Assembly (NCBI GenBank): GCA_964016885.1
Contig: OZ024745.1
Location: 38,130,001 to 38,194,000, forward strand
From: Eledone cirrhosa
Lineage: Eukaryota
DNA: 64,000 nt
Direction of reading: 5' to 3'
Shown here: positions 58,001 through 64,000 of the stretch, one piece after another
Layout: every line of letters begins with the position of its first letter
How positions within the stretch are numbered: the stretch's first letter is position 1
Notes under the pieces: model-generated
Told to the model about the DNA's origin: nothing
What the model saw: the letters and a program-made list of their open reading frames with translations, nothing else
The model's database searches: none
Program-made: the position numbers and the translations under genes

Positions 58001-58044
<44 letters not shown>

Positions 58045-58046
<2 letters not shown>

Positions 58047-59303
58047 CGAAGGAAATGTGTTCAGGAACCAGGTGGACCAAAACGCACCAAAGTACTCAAT
58101 ACTTAGTGTAGTAGAGTAGGTAATAGGAACGAGTAGTACCCCGGCGGCTGAGCTCAAGCAGTTTCGACGGCTAATTCTGGACTAAATGAACATTTTTATC
58201 CTGGTATATGAATAGCCGAGCTTCTCAGGAGGTAATTCCATATATGGTAAAAGTGATTGTCACAAGGATTGGTCAAAAGTTTGTTGTTGAGACACATAAT
58301 TCAATCATGGCAATTTGTGGAAGGAAGGAGTAGCTGAACCTGTCAGTAGAAGAAAGAGGGAGAGGGGGTGGAGCGAACCCAGTCGTGCGTTGATAGTGCC
58401 AACTACAGCAGGGCAGGAGGTCAAGGAAGTATACTAGGGAGGAGGAGGGGGAGGAAGTCGAAACAATAAGTAAAACAATATGGGGTAAATATATAGAAGA
58501 ATACCGAGAATGTTAAACAAAATATTAAATATATATTAAAAAAAAAAAAAAATTCTGGTTATTATTCCCTAACGACAGCCATCAAGTCTCTCACTGGTAC
58601 TGCTAGACTATAGAAAAGTTTAATAGGTGGGACGGAATTATAATGAGACCATTTTAAGGGATAGTAGTAATCAACCGAGTATATCTTACGGTGACGAGTC
58701 AACAAGGGGGGGCCAAAATACTAAAGAAACTACCACGAAATAATAATTCAGAGTCCCGAGACTAATACGAAATAATTGTTTCTACCCTAGGCACAAGGCC
58801 AGCAACCACCCAGTGCAAAAAATAAACTAATACGAAATAATAATTCAGAATCCCGAAAAAGAATATTAATACTATCTCTAAGGGTGCCGCTACGATACAA
58901 AATTCTACTGCAAACTACATAAATGCTCGTACGATCCCCCCCCCCCCCAAAAAAAAAAAAAAATACTGATATAAGTGAAATTAAAGCAAAGATACCACTA
59001 AGAAATGTAGAAAGCACGGAAAAGGGGCAGCCATCGGATAAGAAAGCAAGTATCCGGGGTCTATCACATCTGCTATAATCCTTGTGACAATCACTTTTAC
59101 CATATATGGAATTACCCCCTGAGAAGCTCGGCTATTCATATACCAGGATAAACATTTTCATTTAGTCCAGAATTAGCCGTCGAAACGGCTTGAACTCAGC
59201 CGTCGGGGTCCTACTCGTTCCTATTACACACTCTACTACCCTAAGTATTGAGTACTTTGGTGCGTTATGGTCCACCTGGTTCCTTACCACATTTCCTTCG
59301 TTA
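58045..59303. mobile_element. Element with ~225-bp inverted arms containing an extended type I HHR-like fold
   Basis: 58045-58270 mirrors 59077-59303; related fragments at 50945-51095, 57255-57345 and 59315-59357. Confidence 0.8.
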
Positions 59304-59356
59304 TATATATATATATCGAAACGGCTTGAGCTCAGTCGTCGGGGTCCTACTCGTTC

Positions 59357-59435
<79 letters not shown>

Positions 59436-59449
59436 ATGTATAAAAATCA

Positions 59450-60316
59450 ATACAATATAATTACCTCATTACCAAAGGTTTCCCGAATGAGGCGAATACG
59501 AAATAAACGACTTAATTCGTTCGTCAGACGAGGCAATATAAAACATGGGTAAATGCTTAGAAAAACTCATCAGGAAAATCAAAAAAAAGATATAGATAAA
59601 TGAAATAGAAATTGAAATATATAAAAGTCTCTCAAAAAATATAGTTAGGTGTGTGTATATGTATGTATATACGCTCACAGATGTGCATATATGTATATGC
59701 GCACATGTATATGTATAGTGAGAAAGTGTGCGTAATTCTAACATTTAGGGCAAATGTATCTATATATATGTATTATACAGACAGAAATGGTTACATCGTA
59801 AATATATGAATATGAAGGCGCGCGCATAAAACGCCTGCACACTCGTACACTTAGATGCGGAAAGAAAGGAGGTAAGGGAGTGTAATAATTAAAAGAAAAG
59901 TATCAGTCTCGATATATTTATAAAAATATAATAACGATAAATTAGAAAGAAAAAATATTAGAAAGAAAAAATTAAAGAAAACAAAAAAAGGGGGTACATA
60001 CATACACAGACACGCGTGTCTCACAAAAGAAATGTAAAAATAATTATGCTTATATACACACGCGCACTTACACATCTATACGTTCGATACGTACATACAC
60101 ACACACACACACACATACTTATACTCACGCATATAAACCTGTTTGCATGCCCACACATGAAACTGAGTAAGTAAAAAAAGGGAAAGGGGGGGGGAGAAGA
60201 AAAAAGGAACAAAACATAAAACCGAGATGTCAAGTACACGGATATAAAGACACGTACACATACGCGTAATATATGCATACACACACACACAAACACATGT
60301 ACACACACATATACAT

Positions 60317-60357
<41 letters not shown>

Positions 60358-61520
60358 CATACACGCACGCGCGCGCACATACGTAGTCACTCATGTACAT
60401 ATATAAAAAGTATACACACATTAAGGCGTTCAGCCATATTGATACAGGGTGTAAAAAACTTGTGGATAAATAAGTACAAATATAAAATTGTAAGATAGGC
60501 TGCGCAAAAATAAAATAAAAATAAAAATAAAAATGAAAATTAAAAATATATCTGGTTTGAAAAACACAAAAGACATGTGTAATCAGTTAGTGGAGGAAAA
60601 GGGGAAGTAAAAGAAGGGGAAGTAAAAAATAGAAAGTGGATCGGAGAATAAAGGGGGGGGGGGTGAAGTAAAAATAAAAGTAAAAATAAATGAAATTATT
60701 GACAAGGATAAAAATGAAAGTAAGTTAGAAAGGGTAATTAAAAAGAGAATAATAAGAGTTTATGGAGGATAAGTATCTGAAAGTGTGTTAAGTTTATATG
60801 AGCTGGAAAGCAGGTGTGATTTCATGTGTGGGCAACTGGTGAAAATTTCCGTCTTTGTGTTCAGGCAGGTCTTTGGTGATTTTAGATTTTGCAATATCCA
60901 AAATTTTTCATTTATGCAGAGTGTGCATTTTCTTGTTCCCCTAGCATATTTTTTAGATTGGTTCAAAATTGACCAATCTAGTTTATATTGGATGCCTTGG
61001 TCTTTCAAATCCCAAATTTTGCTAGCCAGAGCTGTTGTAAATCTTTTTTCTGGATGTCGAAAGGATGCGACATGTGAGTAATAACGCGTTTTGAATCTGT
61101 CTTGCGTCATACCCACATATCGTTCACTGGTGGCTGGATAGTTGTTGCTGATGGTTGTCACTTTAGCCGCATATACAATGGCTTTGGTGTTGCATTTACC
61201 TTGTAATGGGCATTCACTTTTGATTCTACAGGAGCAAGTTTGATTTTCTCTAGGTGATATTTTGTTGATGATATAGGACTTAATAGGGGGACCGCAGGAA
61301 TAGTTAATTTTAACACAATTTCTGTTACAGATCTTATAGTATCTATGTGTTCTAGGGAAATGTTTATCTAGGAGTTCTAGGAATGTTTTGCCTACATTAG
61401 TTTTAACTGCTAGAGAGTAGGGGGGTGTGAACCAGATTATTTTTCTTTTCCTATTTTTATGTTTAATAGGGTTAGTGTAGTTAGGTATGTATTTAATCGG
61501 TTCGCTAAAGCCGCTATTTT
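59450..61520 (-). mobile_element. Penelope-like element 3' part (related to the 53.4-kb family)
   Basis: IIWFTPPYS, VKINYSC, CSCRIKSECPLQGKC, YVGMTQDRFKTRY, CTLC..EK, CPH; HHR-like CTGACGA..GAAA at about 59475-59530. Confidence 0.88.
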
Positions 61521-62114
61521 GGACAAAGCTTTAGTATACGGCCAAGCTAGCGTATATGCATAATCGGTTTGTAGCTTTAGCACTCGGATGAGGTAAGACC
61601 CCAGAGTAATAACATTACGTTCAGACAGCTTAGCAAATCAGATATAGCAGTCGGCAGTCCAACCGCATTACCAGAGCAACGAAAATACAGGACCCAGGAA
61701 AAGATTTGATACTGACCTGTACATAACGGTGAGACTGAGTGTAAAATATATAACTTACATCGTATATCCACAATATAGATCACAATATCACATCCAACAT
61801 CAGCGCTAATTTTCTGCAAATATATATATACACATATGTGTGTGTGTGTCCGAACATACATATACATTCACATATTTATAGGGATTTTTTTATACATACA
61901 CTAACGCACACATATATATGCATACATACATACATATATATACAAACAACTATGCTTCTAATATAATATTCTACACTACTAAATTGCATTGAGTTCTCTT
62001 TTCCTTTTCTCCTTCCATTGCAATTCACACCAGTTTGAATTCTTCATCTTTCTCTTACCTTCACACTCATCCACTCTTCCTTTCTTTCTGATTATTATTA
62101 TTATTATCATTATT

Positions 62115-64000
62115 GGCGACCTACGTAGTAAATTGTATCATCGTGAGCTCCGCAAAGGTTTGTTATTTTCAGTTGTTTAAAATTGCCATTTATGAAAATT
62201 TTTTATTGTTAACTGTATATAAGTGCACATACATTGATTTCTCAAAAGGACACTCAAAAATATTGGGGCCTTGAGCCCAAAATTTAAACTTTTTATAATT
62301 ATCAAACAAAATTTTTTCTTTGAAAAATGATGGATGACTCAAAGTCACTCCTTCCTCACAATCTAACACTTCACACCGACACCACCATTGTAAATATTTC
62401 TACGTTTGCCAACACTGGAAATGTAAGCAGTAGCAATATTTAAAATTTGTCTCAGGCAGACGTTCATTTCCCGCCATTACCAATGACTACAGGTGTTAAA
62501 ACCGCCACCCCCACCATCACCACAGCGACAACAGAAACAAAGAAAAACATAAATTAGCTCGTGATATCGAAATGAATTCAACCAAAATGAACTCTTACAC
62601 ACCGAACACCACTGACGCCACCACCACCACCACAACTGAAACTAAAATTAACAATAGCAAAAATAACGATAACAACAACAGCAACAATGAAATTAAGAAA
62701 ACTACGCTGAGTTTTGCCAGAGTAGCAAAAACGTACGAAGCGATCCAGGTAACTCAAGAGGAATTAGAAGAAGCCAAAGGAATGGTAAAGAAAGATGGGT
62801 ACAGGGTCAGCCTCCCCCCACACCTAATAAAATGGAGCAACGTCGCCTATGCACCGTGTCTTATCGGACAACTAACATAAAATCGCGCCGAGTGGAACGG
62901 GCATCCGAGTCCAAAATCCAAAAAGCTTTGGGACATGTGTGGGCAAAAAAAACCCACATCAGACGTGGGTAGAAATATGGAACCGTGGACCTGTTCTTTG
63001 AAACACCACAGGAGGCCAGAGAAAACTCCATGGCCCCATTAAAAGTGACGACTTCACACTCGTCCCAAGCTATTGTGGTCAGAGACTTGTGGAGATCAGG
63101 GTGACCCACGTTCCACCGGCCATCGAAATTCCCTGGCTAATGGCTGCCGTCCTCGCCGGCATCGAGGCCAATACCAAGATAAGTGAAATAGCGAGAGAAA
63201 AGCAGGAGACTGGTCCGGATCTGGGATGGAGCTCCTGATCCAAGCGGACCAAAAAAGCATTGAGGAGATCCCAGAGGTAATAGACCTCACTGACTGCAGC
63301 CACCTCACCGTAATCGTCGAGGGCAGAAGACCTAGGTGTGTCGTTTGTGGTGAAGGAACCCAGCTAAGGGCTTTCTTCCCTCAGGCTAAAAGGTTGAGGC
63401 CACCTCTCTTACCCACCCCAGTGACTCAACCATCAACACTACCAGCAGCAGAAATGGGAGCAACAACTGTATCAGCAACAACAGAAGCAACTGTAACAGC
63501 AACAACCCCAACAACAGCAGCAAAACCAACACCACCACCACCCAACGCGCGAAGAACTAGCACCAGCGCCTACACCATCCACCACGCCACAACCAAAACC
63601 AACGCCTGTGGAGGATTTTCCACTCCCCGGCTTATCGCAACTGGAGACAGATTGTGACGACGAGGAGTCGGAAACAGTATCAGGAAAAAAGAAAAAAAGA
63701 AACCAAAAAAGAAAAAAATTCTCTTCCTTCCCCCTCCAAAAACAAAGTACAGAGGGAAGCAAATAAATTTTCAAACAAAAAAGTTAGGACAGATATGCCA
63801 CCATCCACACCAGCATCACCAACCCCATCACCACAAACACCAACACCATCACCATCATTAACCCCAACACCACCATCACCAACACCACAAAAGTCACCAA
63901 AAAGCGTAATAGAATCAAACCCACAACAAACGCAAACAAAACAAAACAACCAAAACGATACACACTACACAGAATTAAATTTGAACAACAATCAATTATT
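62115..64000 (+). mobile_element. Tx1-clade LINE copy C (5' UTR + disrupted ORF1), running off the window
   Basis: Same GGCGACCTACGTAG start after (ATT)n; collinear and highly similar to copy B 14975-16910. Confidence 0.92.

Overview
AT-rich, microsatellite-dense animal intergenic DNA. No host protein-coding gene is recognisable. The repeat set (RTE, CR1-like, R4/Dong-like, Tx1, several Penelope-like families, tRNA-head SINEs) resembles a cephalopod such as Octopus; this is an inference. One (ATT)n microsatellite at about 8.7-20.4 kb holds a 5'-truncated R4/Dong-like element plus two tandem Tx1-clade LINEs, and a third Tx1 copy at 62.1 kb also starts right after (ATT)n. The two tandem copies have divergent ORF1s but near-identical ORF2s. 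The switch falls at an AG|GTAAGT donor-like site that contains the ORF1 stop codon, and removing a 52-nt GT..CAG segment would fuse ORF1 and ORF2 in frame. The window also has many hammerhead-ribozyme (HHR) motifs, mostly in Penelope termini or short fold-back elements inside (TA)n. One family has a compensatory U3-A8 core. Most short ORFs in the track are microsatellite artefacts. All calls are by eye, without database searches.
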